The translations under genes were made by a program, and so were the position numbers. From assembly GCA_001938485.1 (NCBI GenBank), contig MQRK01213248.1:1-55181 (forward strand): 55,181 bases of DNA, in the 5' to 3' direction. This stretch comes from Girardia tigrina (Eukaryota). Under the pieces are notes generated by a model that searched no databases, had not been told where the DNA came from, and saw nothing but the letters and a program-made list of their open reading frames with translations. Shown here one piece after another: positions 40,331 to 51,829 of this stretch (position 1 is its first letter; the number at the start of each line of letters is the position of its first letter).

Positions 40331-40659
40331 TTCCTGAGCTGAGGTTTCGTTTTATGATTAATCCGATAAACTACAAAAAACTTAAAACATATTTTTCTGG
40401 TTTTGTATGTTTTTAGTCTAAGAAAACAGTTAAAAAGTAAAACAAAATTATATTTGGGTAGTCAAATATCTTTATAAAAACAGTTTTCTTGAATTTCTAT
40501 TCTTGCAAATCGAGGGATTATTGCTTTAACGGAAACTTGTTTAATTAATAATCGTATTATGTATAAATAAATTATTCAATATAAATAATTTATTAAAATA
40601 AACAATAAATAGATAAACAATGTTATGTAGCAAAATAAACATAAAAATTATTAGTTAAC

Positions 40660-40748
40660 CTCAGTGTTCTCAATAATTTGGCCGTAGTCATGCACCATAT
40701 TTTAAGAGTTCCATCGTATGATCCACTCACAATTTTATCGTGATCTGC
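40660..40748 (-). CDS. WD40 gene exon (blade 3 end)
   Basis: ttttag|ADHDKIVSGSYDGTLKIWCMTTAKLLRTL ag|gttaac; phases match both neighbours. Confidence 0.94.
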
Positions 40749-40820
40749 CTAAAATAATTAAACAACTTTAGCAAGATGAAAATAAATATGAAAATAAATA
40801 AACATACAACATTTTTGTTC

Positions 40821-40852
<32 letters not shown>

Positions 40853-40959
40853 GGGTATGAATAAACGCAGTAGATAAATGAATTAATTCGGAAGATAAAT
40901 AAATGATCTCAGAAGATAAATTTGGATTAATTTTCACCAAATGCTGAGTTGAATCCTAT

Positions 40960-41600
40960 GGTCGTTGCGGCTGCGGCATCTGCTATTAATGTGTCAGGTT
41001 CATAATAAAAGTTGTCAAATTGTTTGGCACATATCTATCTTTAGTTGATTTGAATATGAATTCAAAATATGTGTTACGTTCATTTCTGCAAATTGCTATG
41101 CCGAACGAATGAAAGCTTTTCTTTTTAAAGGTTGTTCGAACCATTAACACTGAATATCCTTGATAAATCAGTTTGCATGTTGTATGGACACTAAAAAGTT
41201 TTGATTTTTTGCATAATGAGGTCATTGTTATCCTATTTGTTATCCAGATATTCAACTTAGGTTCCATTTTACCAGTTAATTGGTTCACTGCACTGGCACA
41301 TTGATGCCTGGTGATCTAAACATTGGGTGTCTGGGATTTGGATTTTCGCACTGCACCATTCGTCTAATTTGCTAAATTAATGCTTGTTTTATATCCCTTT
41401 TTCTTGATTGTTAGTGTGAAGTAGCGTATTTGAATCAAATTAGGCAATCAAATCTATTAGGAAATTTATTTTCCAGTTTTTCTTTTATTTGACCTGACTT
41501 TTGAAAGTCCACAAATATGGCCTCAATCGCTTCTTTTATCTCATCCGGTATTATAAAATAGTGGTTTTGATTTTAGTCTCAAAAAAGAAATATGGTGTTT
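40960..41600 (-). mobile_element. MULE transposase remnant
   Basis: TTCKLIYQGYSVLMVRTT...SFHSFGIAICRNE...FEFIF resembles the MULE core (DATYKL..GYP...F..FG.A...E). Confidence 0.7.
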
Positions 41601-41844
41601 AAAAGTTTTCTCTTGCATCTGGTTACAGGAAAAAAAAGAATAATAAAATTTGTTGGCCAATATTCTTTCTTCTTTTCCTTGTTAAGAAACAAATAAATTA
41701 AAGTAAATATAAATGGATACTCCCGTATATTTTGTAATTTTAATTTATCTTATATTTTTTCAATCTATTATTGATTAAATTTTATTTAATAATATTTTTT
41801 AATATTTATTTATCCACATTATAAGAGATAAGATATATGATATA

Positions 41845-42119
41845 GTAGTCAATGGCTCCAGTTGGGTACGCTGGATCTCGTCCGATCTCCGAAGTTAAGC
41901 AACCAACGGCCGCGTCACTACCTATTTGGGTGATCCAGAGTAAACTGAGTGAAGAGGGTATGTGGACATCTAGCAAGAAAAAAAAGCAAAACCTGGAGAG
42001 GAGATAGGCTCCACCAGGTTCCTTGCCTACTGACGCACTCAAAAATATGCAAAACCAAACCATAAATGCTTTTACATAATTGACTGCACCCAGAGCCTAA
42101 CGGCTACGGTACCAAAAAA
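41845..42119 (+). mobile_element. 5S rRNA-derived SINE (SINE3-type)
   Basis: ~90-nt head GGATCTCGTCCGATCTCCGAAGTTAAGC...GGGTGA matches the 5S loop C/box A/box C region, and helix II pairing GTTGG/CCAAC is kept; the 5S 3' end is replaced by an unrelated body, a terminal hairpin and an A-tail. Confidence 0.8.
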
Positions 42120-42657
42120 TATAAGATACTTTTGTGAAAGTTCTTTTAAAATTTTGATATATTAATATGATATTTAACCTTAATCTAATGCAAACAAAAC
42201 TAAATTCTATAGTTATAAAGATTGCTTTCAAAATCCCGTTGTTGACAATGGTGTACCTAAAATATATGTGAAATCTTAGTATAAATAACAAATTGAACAA
42301 ATAGACTAACTAAAATTATGTTTCTGAACTTAACTGGCCTAATGATTTAACCTTATTGATAAATATATAATTATAAAGTAAAGAATTCTTAACGATACAA
42401 TAAACATAATCAATAGTGAAGTTCTGTACAAAAAGGATGAATCGAATTCTTACCAAGAAAAGATTGTAATCTGTATTTGTTTTGGCCTTAAAGTACCTTT
42501 AACTTTAAAATCTTATTTAAGATTCAATATTTAGGTTTGTAGTAACCAAAAAATTAAATTATATTAATATTAATACAAATATATATAAAATTATACTAAT
42601 ATAAATATATTTATATATTAAAATAACATTCTTATGTATAGCATCAATTTCCCAATA

Positions 42658-44928
42658 CAGTCCACCCTCGTTTCCGGGGCATTCTTTATGGTGGGGCACC
42701 TTGATTTCTGGGGAAAAATTGGTTTTTGGGGCAAGTTTTAAGATAATCACACTATTACATATTATTTATTATGTGTTTTTATTCCAAAAGTACAATTATG
42801 TTTCGTTTTTTGGGGCATATTTTTTAACCTAAAAATAATATTTAATCTTGGTCTGAAATAAGTATCAAAATTTCCCCAAACTTAAAATATTACAAGCTTT
42901 TTTTTAAAAAATAATGAATAAACTTTTAGTATTCTATTAATTAATGTTTATTTTTTTAACTTGTGCTTTCGTTAAACATAATACCAACTAACAGAAGTTC
43001 AAATCGTTATTAATTGAATATTATTACAAAAATATTTCTAACTTGGTGATAAGAAATTTATTCAAAAAGTTAATTTGAAAGTAACTAAAGACAAAGGGGC
43101 CGAATTTTATTATCGGATTGTTGTTGGAATTGTGTGAAAATTTATAAAGAAAAAGCATTAAGTTTGGAAACACAAGACAAAAAAACAACAAAGGTAAAGT
43201 CAACCTGTGTATTCTAACAGTTGGATAGACATGGTTTATTAAAACGACAACTTGATAACAAAAAATCAAGAGCATAATAAGATAAAAAATCAATTAACGA
43301 TTAAAAGCTTGTATTATATATAATGATAATTTGATTGTAAGTTAATTTTATATTAAATTTTGTAAAAAAACATTATCCCCAATGACGAAAAAACTAACAT
43401 CGAGCAAAAAATTTGAAATTGTGAAATGTTTGAAGGATGGAAAAACAACAGAGAAAATTAATTGAAAAATTTTCTACAAGTAAAGGTGTCACTTTTAAAA
43501 TTAAAAAGAATTTAGACAATATTCTTAACATTTGGGATGAAAGAAAATGTGACAAACAAAAATCGGAAGAAACTATGAAAGAAAATCCATTTAATAAATA
43601 TAAAGAGCTTAATGGTTTGGTCTTGGAAGTTTTTAATCGCCTAAGATCTTCATCGATTCCATTAAATGGAACGATAATCAAAACTATCGCTCTGAAAATT
43701 GCAAAAAAAACTTGAATTAGAAAACTTCAAGGCGTCTAATGGGTGGATGGAGAATTTTAAGAAACGGAATAAATTAGAGTTTAAACGAATTGCCGGTGAA
43801 TCAAGATCTGCTGATTTTTGGAACATTTAGATGAATTTTACGATGTTCTTAAAACAAAACTTGGACAATATGAACCTCGGGATGTGTGGAATTGCGATGA
43901 AACAGGACTTAACTATCAGAACCCTCCCTCAAAAAGTTTTGTCGCACCCGGTGATGATTAAAGTCAAAAAAGAGAGAGTTACTATATTACTTTGCTGTAA
44001 TATGTGCGGAGATAAAATGGAACCTCTAGTAATAGGCAAAGCAAAAAAACCGAGGTGTTTTGGTGTGTTTGACCCAAAATCCATAAAAATAAATTATGGA
44101 CACTCACCAAAGGCATGGATGACATCAAAAGTTTTTGAAAAATGGTTAATTAAAATTAATAATGAGATGGAAGTGGAGAAAAGGAAAATTTTAATTATTT
44201 TAGATAATGCACCATCCCATCCGAATATCCAACTTTAGGCAATAGAGTTTTTATATTTGCCAAAAAATACAACTTCCATAACACAGCCATTGGATATTGG
44301 TTTGATAAAGGCATTCAAGGATCATTATAATAATTCTCTTGTTGGTTTTTTGGCAACTGAAGAAGATGATTTAAATAATGATCTATTTAAAAACATTAAT
44401 ATTAAAAATGCTGTTGTTTTTACTTCTATTGCCTGGGAGTTAATATCCAAAGAATCGATTATTAATTGTTTCAAAAAGGCATTTTCCAAAAAAAAGAAGA
44501 AACCAACCAAAATATGAAAATTCATATGCTTGAGGAAGATATAGAGGATGTTTTAGTTGAGGTTTATGAAGAAAATTTATCAGAACCGCTGAAGAAGGAG
44601 ACCGGAACAGCTGAAATTTGTGAAAAAGTTCGTTATGATAAACTAAAACTGGGATGGGAAAAACTTAAAGAATTGGAAAATGTTATTGAATATATACCTC
44701 TTGATGTTCAAAAAGAATACTTCAAGTTTAGAATACAATTTAATAATTTTTTAAGGAAGGAATTTAAATTTGGGAAAACAATAACTGATTATTTTAAAAA
44801 ATTGGAATAAATTTTATTTAGTTTTTCGATGTTTTTTTAATTTTTGGGGTGTTTTTTTGGTTTTTGGGGAATTCTTGGTTTTTAAGGTAAAATTTGATAT
44901 TTTTTGCCCCAAAACTGAGGGTGTACTG
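42658..44928 (+). mobile_element. Full-length pogo/Tigger-like transposon with decayed transposase (43382-44810)
   Basis: TA|CAGTCCACCCTCG...TGAGGGTGTACTG|TA; CENP-B HTH (FKASNGWMENFK), WNCDETGL, KERVT, ILDNAPSH, QPLD. Confidence 0.93.
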
Positions 44929-45299
44929 TACTCTACGAAAAATATCAAAAACCGAAAATAACAATGACAACAATTAATTATAGTTATTTGTGATAATTTG
45001 TTTTACTGTACTTGATAAAAAAATATTTTCAATTTCAGTTCTTTGCTCTCCATTTTCAATAACTTTTAAATTATAATTTTTAAAGTTTTCTACTGCGCCA
45101 TTAAATTTTTCATTTATTTTTAATGAAATATTTTAGAAAATTTAAAATTATAACAATCAGATAAAAATATAATAATTTATTCTATTTTTGTAATTACTTT
45201 TACAATAAATATTAATCAGCTAGTAATTATCAATTATGAAATTTAAGAAAGCCCTAAAGAATGAATGAAAATTTTATTACAATGACATGATAATGTTAT

Positions 45300-45570
45300 A
45301 TAGATCGTAAATAAAAACAGAGGGCTATACATCTTAAATATTCCATAATGTTTCTCTCTCCATAGTCTTGCACAATTTCCAATAATCTTCTCTCGGCATC
45401 TTTATTATTTTTACTTCCCGGACTCGCTTCTATACTTGAAATTGTTTGCTCAAACTATATTTTATTTAAATGCTGCTTTTTTTTCAAGTTCTCAATGAAC
45501 TTCAAAATATTTGGATGGTGTAAACTGAAGAGAGAGATGAATGATCTATGCCACACCGCGATTTGATTTG
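45300..45570 (-). mobile_element. MULE transposase C-terminal fragment
   Basis: WHRSFISLFSLHHPNILKFIENLK motif. Confidence 0.6.
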
Positions 45571-45781
45571 GTGAAATACTGATACTTCAAAAAACTTGTT
45601 TAAAAAATATGTTATTTTGTTGTATTAAATAAAAGTTTCAAAAGTGTAAAATTCTGATTCTTTAACTTTTAATTATCTCGAAACTAACACAATATATTAC
45701 ATTTTTAATTTTTTTTAAACCGTAATGAGTATAGCAGTAAAGCATGTATTATATATTAATATAGAATAATGTTATTCTTAC

Positions 45782-46152
45782 TTGTAAACATCGTACGAAA
45801 TTAGAATGGCCAGTTAATGTTGCTCTACAGACAATACTTGACCAATCATTACGAGCTGCTAATGCCCAAATCTTAATGGTTTTATCATTACTACCTGAAA
45901 CTAATTGTATATCACGAGGACATTTTTGTCCAAAATATAAATCTTCGTTATTCAATTGAGAAACGTTGGCTTTTGAAGTAGCAACCGATAATTCAGGACA
46001 GTGTAGAACCTGTAGACATCTAACAGCTTCACTATGACCAAGTAAGGTTTGTACTGACCATTGAGCATTTGTATATAAATTCCACACTTTAATTGTTGAA
46101 TCAGCCGAACCACTTATTATTCTTTGATCATTGAAAACAACACAATGAACAA
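45782..46152 (-). CDS. WD40 gene exon (blades 1-3); F-box/WD (FBXW7/beta-TrCP-like) propeller
   Basis: aatttag|tt VHCVVFNDQRIISGSADSTIKVWN...GHSEAVRCL...SGSNDKTIKIW...GHSNFVRCLQ|gtaaga; upstream exons and any F-box were not found in the window. Confidence 0.95.
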
Positions 46153-46345
46153 CTAAATTAAGCAAAATCCATGAAAAAATACTAATTGTAAAAAATTTAA
46201 AGTGTATTTATCTATTTATTTTTACATATTTATTAATCGTGAGTATTGAAACATATAAATAATGTCATTATCTAAAAAACATTGCAAAACACAGGTTACT
46301 AATTGAAAGATACAAAATAAATGCATTTTTAAAAAAGGGAGTTAA

Positions 46346-47077
<732 letters not shown>

Positions 47078-47394
47078 TTATACGGCTGTCCTATAAAAAG
47101 GATACATTGGTCTCTGTATTGAATAGGTTGTCGAATTAACCACATAAGTTTCTTAGTTAGAGCATACTTGGATTGTTTTAAAAGTTTTAACATAACTGAG
47201 TGGCTGCAAAAGCGACATGCACACAGCAAATTTTATTATAGCCGATTACATTTATGTTTATTATTGCTTCAGCGGACTGAAAAATATTTTTATATTAACC
47301 GAATAAAAATACAAACATTTCTGCACTGAGATGCTGTTGTCGCGAAAGAATTTTACTATATCCGACTTTGTTATATCCGGAAGATATTGTACAT

Positions 47395-48170
47395 AGTTCT
47401 GACGTCATGTGCAACGCAAGAGGAAAACATGATTTTAAACATCATTAATAAGAACTGGATTGTGAAATTTGGCTTTCCCAAAGAGATACATATAGATTGT
47501 GAAAAGAGCTTCATATATATGAAGATGGCAGACCTAGCGGCAGAAGTAGGCACTATCTTAATATTTTCCCTCTCGTACCACCCCACTACCAACAGCATCA
47601 TTGAAAGGCAATTAAGCACAAAACAGTAATATAAAAATGCTTCGCTGAAAGACAGAGACAAAAAAAATGAGTTACATTGCTTCCTGACATAGAATTTAGT
47701 TTGAAAGTAACAGTACAGAAAATGACAGTTGTCAGTCTCACTGACGTAGTATTTGAAAGTTAGATTAACCGCTCGGGTTGGTTACCAATAAATAAGATGT
47801 AACCGACAGATATCATAAAAATAAAGGAAAACAAACAAAGAACACCCAAATAACGAGAAAAAATTGCAAATAGGGTATGTGGTTTGGATAAAAAAAGAGA
47901 TTCGAGACAAACAGCAAAACAAGTATGAAGGTCCATATACAATCATAGAGAAAATCCATGATAGGAGCTACAAACTGCGTAACTCGGACACCCGTAACGT
48001 TGAGAAATTAAACATCTTTAAAAAATAGGAGATGTAAGATTTACAAGTACGATCTATAATAAGATATTTTAAATTACTAAAATGTACTCTGTAAAAAAAG
48101 CAGTTGTTTAAAGAAACACAAAAATCGTGTGTGAAATTCAAGAGTCTAATTAAATAAATTATTTTTAATG
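47395..48170 (+). mobile_element. Gypsy integrase remnant, PPT and start of 3' LTR
   Basis: WIVKFGFPKEIHID, YHPTTNSIIER, YEGPY; AAAAAATAGGAGA|TGTAAG at ~48020-48039. Confidence 0.8.
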
Positions 48171-48179
48171 TTTTCCATG

Positions 48180-48680
48180 AAAGATGCGAGTATCAACATC
48201 ACACAAAAAGCCTTAATGTTTTCTATTTTTTGGATGCAAGTGGTGTAATTCTCATAGACGTTGTTGAATCTGGTGTTTGCCTAAACAATGAGTACTACAC
48301 CAATCTTGTACAACAGACTCCAAAACTTAAGAAAAAGCAGAGTGTGTGATTTATACTCCCTGTATGACAATGCTACAATTCACACTAGTGGCCAATCAAG
48401 GTCAGCAATTTAGAGTTTTGATCTTATAGTACTCACACCCCCCCCCTATAGCCCTGGCCTGCCCCCCTCTGATTGTTTCTTATTCCACCATCTTAAGCGA
48501 TCTCTAAGAGGCCGGCATTGCTCCCCCAAAGAAGATTTGCAGCATACAGTCAGTGGACGTTTTTGGATTTTTTTTGAAAAATAATAACCTATATAGTTTG
48601 ATTGTTATAAATAAAAAAATGTTTTGGAATTGTCCATTGATTACTGTATTAGGCTCACTACTTATTGGACGTACCACATA
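48180..48680 (+). mobile_element. Decayed mariner 3' fragment
   Basis: LYDNATIH, PPYSPGLPPSDCFLF; TIR-like end. Confidence 0.8.
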
Positions 48681-48933
48681 TATATATCTTGAATCATAAA
48701 ATGCATTTATACTTTTTAGTTTTTTTCAACTAAAAAATGTTCATTACTATATTATTATATTAAAGCAATAAATGAGAATCAGAAATATCAAATCTCAGAA
48801 TTTTACTCTTTGCTATTAAGTTGTAAAGGAATGGTAATACATTTTACTGAAAATACACAAAATTATTTGAGCTAAATTAATTCCTTTAATTAAATTCACA
48901 CTTTTCTCAATTATAAATCAGAAATTTATAAAA

Positions 48934-49559
48934 TCTATATTATAAAAGCCCAAGTCACTGCCTGCCTGCCTGCTTCACTAACGCTCATATTATCTACTTA
49001 CAATTGTAAGTAGATAATTATATTAATAATAATTCATATGGAAAATTCNNNNNNNNNNNNNNNNNNNNNNNNNNNNNNNNNNNNNNNNNNNNNNNNNNNN
49101 NNNNNNNNNNNNNNNNNNNNNNNNNNNNNNNNNNNNNNNNNNNNNNNNNNNNNNNNNNNNNNNNNNNNNNNNNNNNNNNNNNNNNNNNNNNNNNNNNNNN
49201 NNNNNNNNNNNNNNNNNNNNNNNNNNNNNNNNNNNNNNNNNNNNNNNNNNNNNNNNNNNNNNNNNNNNNNNNNNNNNNNNNNNNNNNNNNNNNNNNNNNN
49301 NNNNNNNNNNNNNNNNNNNNNNNNNNNNNNNNNNNNNNNNNNNNNNNNNNNNNNNNNNNNNNNNNNNNNNNNNNNNNNNNNNNNNNNNNNNNNNNNNNNN
49401 NNNNNNNNNNNNNNNNNNNNNNNNNNNNNNNNNNNNNNNNNNNNNNNNNNNNNNNNNNNNNNNNNNNNNNNNNNNNNNNNNNNNNNNNTGGGCTTTTATA
49501 ATATAAAAAAAATTGAACCCCCGGCAAGAGAGGGCCGCGAAGCGGGCCGAGCGCGCTAG
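48934..49559 (+). mobile_element. Non-autonomous Helitron-like element spanning a gap
   Basis: A|TC 5' end; inverted TATATTATAAAAGCCCA at 48936 and 49489; (CTGC)n; GC hairpin GGCC..GGCC then CTAG|T. Confidence 0.6.
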
Positions 49560-49574
49560 TTATTAATATAATTA

Positions 49575-49641
49575 TCTACTTACAATTGTAATTATATAAT
49601 TATATAATTATATCCGTCATACATGACGGGTTATTTACTAG
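49575..49641 (+). mobile_element. 67-bp mini-Helitron
   Basis: A|TC start; hairpin CCGTCA-taca-TGACGG; CTAG|T end. Confidence 0.55.
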
Positions 49642-50426
49642 TAAAATAATATTAACAAAAATATTAAGCTAATATGATTTTGATGATTGAAATTTGTCGA
49701 AATCCACATTCACCTTATATCTAGGTGAACCGGTGATTTCAGCCCGGCTATTCGCCATTCTGCTTTAGCCAAGTTCACTTTTACAAGTGGCATTCTTTCG
49801 AATTAAGATCGACAACAATTTTTATAAAAGTTATTTTCTAAAATTGTTGCACAGTATGAAATGTATGTTAAATGGTATGTAAATAAACGTTTTCAAATAA
49901 TTTTATTTTTTATATATAAATTACATTCATTCTTAGTAGAACCGGTTATAAGACAAATTAGGAAAATTTTGAATTCCAATAGTTTATCAAATAAAATAAT
50001 AAATATTGGTTATTCGAAATCTGTTTTAATATTTAAAATCTAAACTTAACAAAATGAAATTGTAGCCGTTGAGATGGGAATAAATAACTTCTGCGTATGG
50101 AAACAGGACCTTTGTCAGGTGATAACAGTCGTTCTAATTAACAATCTGTCACATAATTTTAATGTATATAGAAATGAGTCTGTAACAGAACAGATGAATT
50201 ATCCGCCAAACAAATATTCCTCAAAATTTTATATATGCTTCAAGTCAATGTACATAAAATGCATTATTATTATTATATGTTTCTCTTAATAAATCAATAA
50301 AAAGCTCTGCACGAAATACGATGTTTGATCTGTTAATAGAATTTTTAAGTTAGTTGTGAATTGATTCAAGCCCACATATTGGAATGAGGGTTAATTAGAT
50401 GGTTTTCTGATTTCGTTCATGTAGAC

Positions 50427-51081
50427 CAGTGGTTCTTAACCTTTTTAGCTACCGGCACCCTTAAAATTTTCAAACAATATTCTCGCACCCCTTACCCGAA
50501 ATTATTGAATTATAAAAATTGAAAAACAAACATTATTCATAACATNNTTTTTTATTAATTTTATGTGCATAACAAATTTTTTATAAATTTTAATTGTTAG
50601 CTGAAATAACCAATTATAAATGATCAAAATTTATATTAATGGCTTTTTTGTTGTTGCTTTTCCTCAGTTATTTTTGAAAACCGGGGAATCTTTTTTGAAA
50701 TAGCATATCATTACTAGCATTAAGTCTATTTCTAGCTTTTGTTTTTATATGTACAAGTGACGAGAACCCCATCTCACACAAATACGTTGTGGCAAATGGA
50801 ACAAGATGCTGAAGCGCTATTTTAGCTAATAATGGATATGACATTACTTGAGCACACTAGAAATCATGGTTGACTAAATTCGGCGAAAGCTTAATTTACA
50901 GAAAAAAATCAAAAAACTGATATCTTTGAAAAAATTTTTTATGAAATTATTTCGTGTGAATTTAAGTTTAGAATTTTTAAGTTTAGTTTTTTATTTTACT
51001 AGCTACATTATAGTTTCGCACCCCCAGATATTCTAGCTCGCACCCCTAAGGGGTGCGTGCACCACCGGTTAAGAACCACTG
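50427..51081 (-). mobile_element. Non-autonomous hAT (Charlie/Buster-type)
   Basis: 15-bp TIR CAGTGGTTCTTAACC; perfect 8-bp TSD ATGTAGAC; retains PFATTYLCEMGFS...RNRL. Confidence 0.96.
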
Positions 51082-51155
51082 ATGTAGACAAATAGCTAAC
51101 ATACATGATTTTAAAATAATTCTGACAACATCATTCACATTCAAATAGATAATTA

Positions 51156-51358
51156 CCGTATTTTCTGGTAGATAACACGTAGCTCTTACTTTTTGGCATC
51201 CCTTTTATGTATAGATTTTATGTATGTGCATAGCAGACATGGTGGTATACCTAAGAGGTATACATCGTTATCACCAGTTAAGGATTCACAGTTCATATTT
51301 TGACAAAATTTAACATTTTTTATAGATAACGGTGCGCGTTATCTACAGGAAAATGCGG
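51156..51358. mobile_element. TA-flanked MITE (Tc1/pogo-type)
   Basis: TIRs CCGTATTTTCTGGTAGATAAC / GTTATCTACAGGAAAATGCGG. Confidence 0.8.
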
Positions 51359-51829
51359 TATATAATTTTAGACATCATGACAGACACTAAAAATACTATT
51401 TAAGGATTTTCGAAATTCACACCGTTTTCCGTTATCGAAATTCCTTCTATCACTTATCTAATATCCTTAATTCAACATTTTTAACAATTCCCATGATTAT
51501 CATTACTTTTGGAATTATCAAATTGTTATTTTAAGATTTCCAAGTCGTTATCAATTAGATCATCTTTTTTTTGTATCTTATATTCCAAATATTCAGATTT
51601 AATTTTTGAAAAACTTTTTTTTAACTATTTAACTACTTAAGGTGATGGCACAGCAAAAAGTACGAAATTCTTAAGACCTATGAAGTAAGATCAAATGTCA
51701 TAAACAACCTGAAACATACATATGTTGTGACAAACATCAAGTACAGCTGCACAACTATACGGCCACACTATACGAAACAGTTGAACTTGGCAACAAGCAT
51801 TAATTGTCGGACAGAACCATTCATGAAAT

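Noticed and set aside
41845-41965. Functional 5S rRNA gene
   Set aside because: The 3' strand of helix I and an oligo-T terminator at ~120 nt are absent; it is not in an array
49700-50200. Possible upstream exons of the WD40 gene
   Set aside because: No F-box or GH-ending frame joining the phase-1 acceptor at 46152
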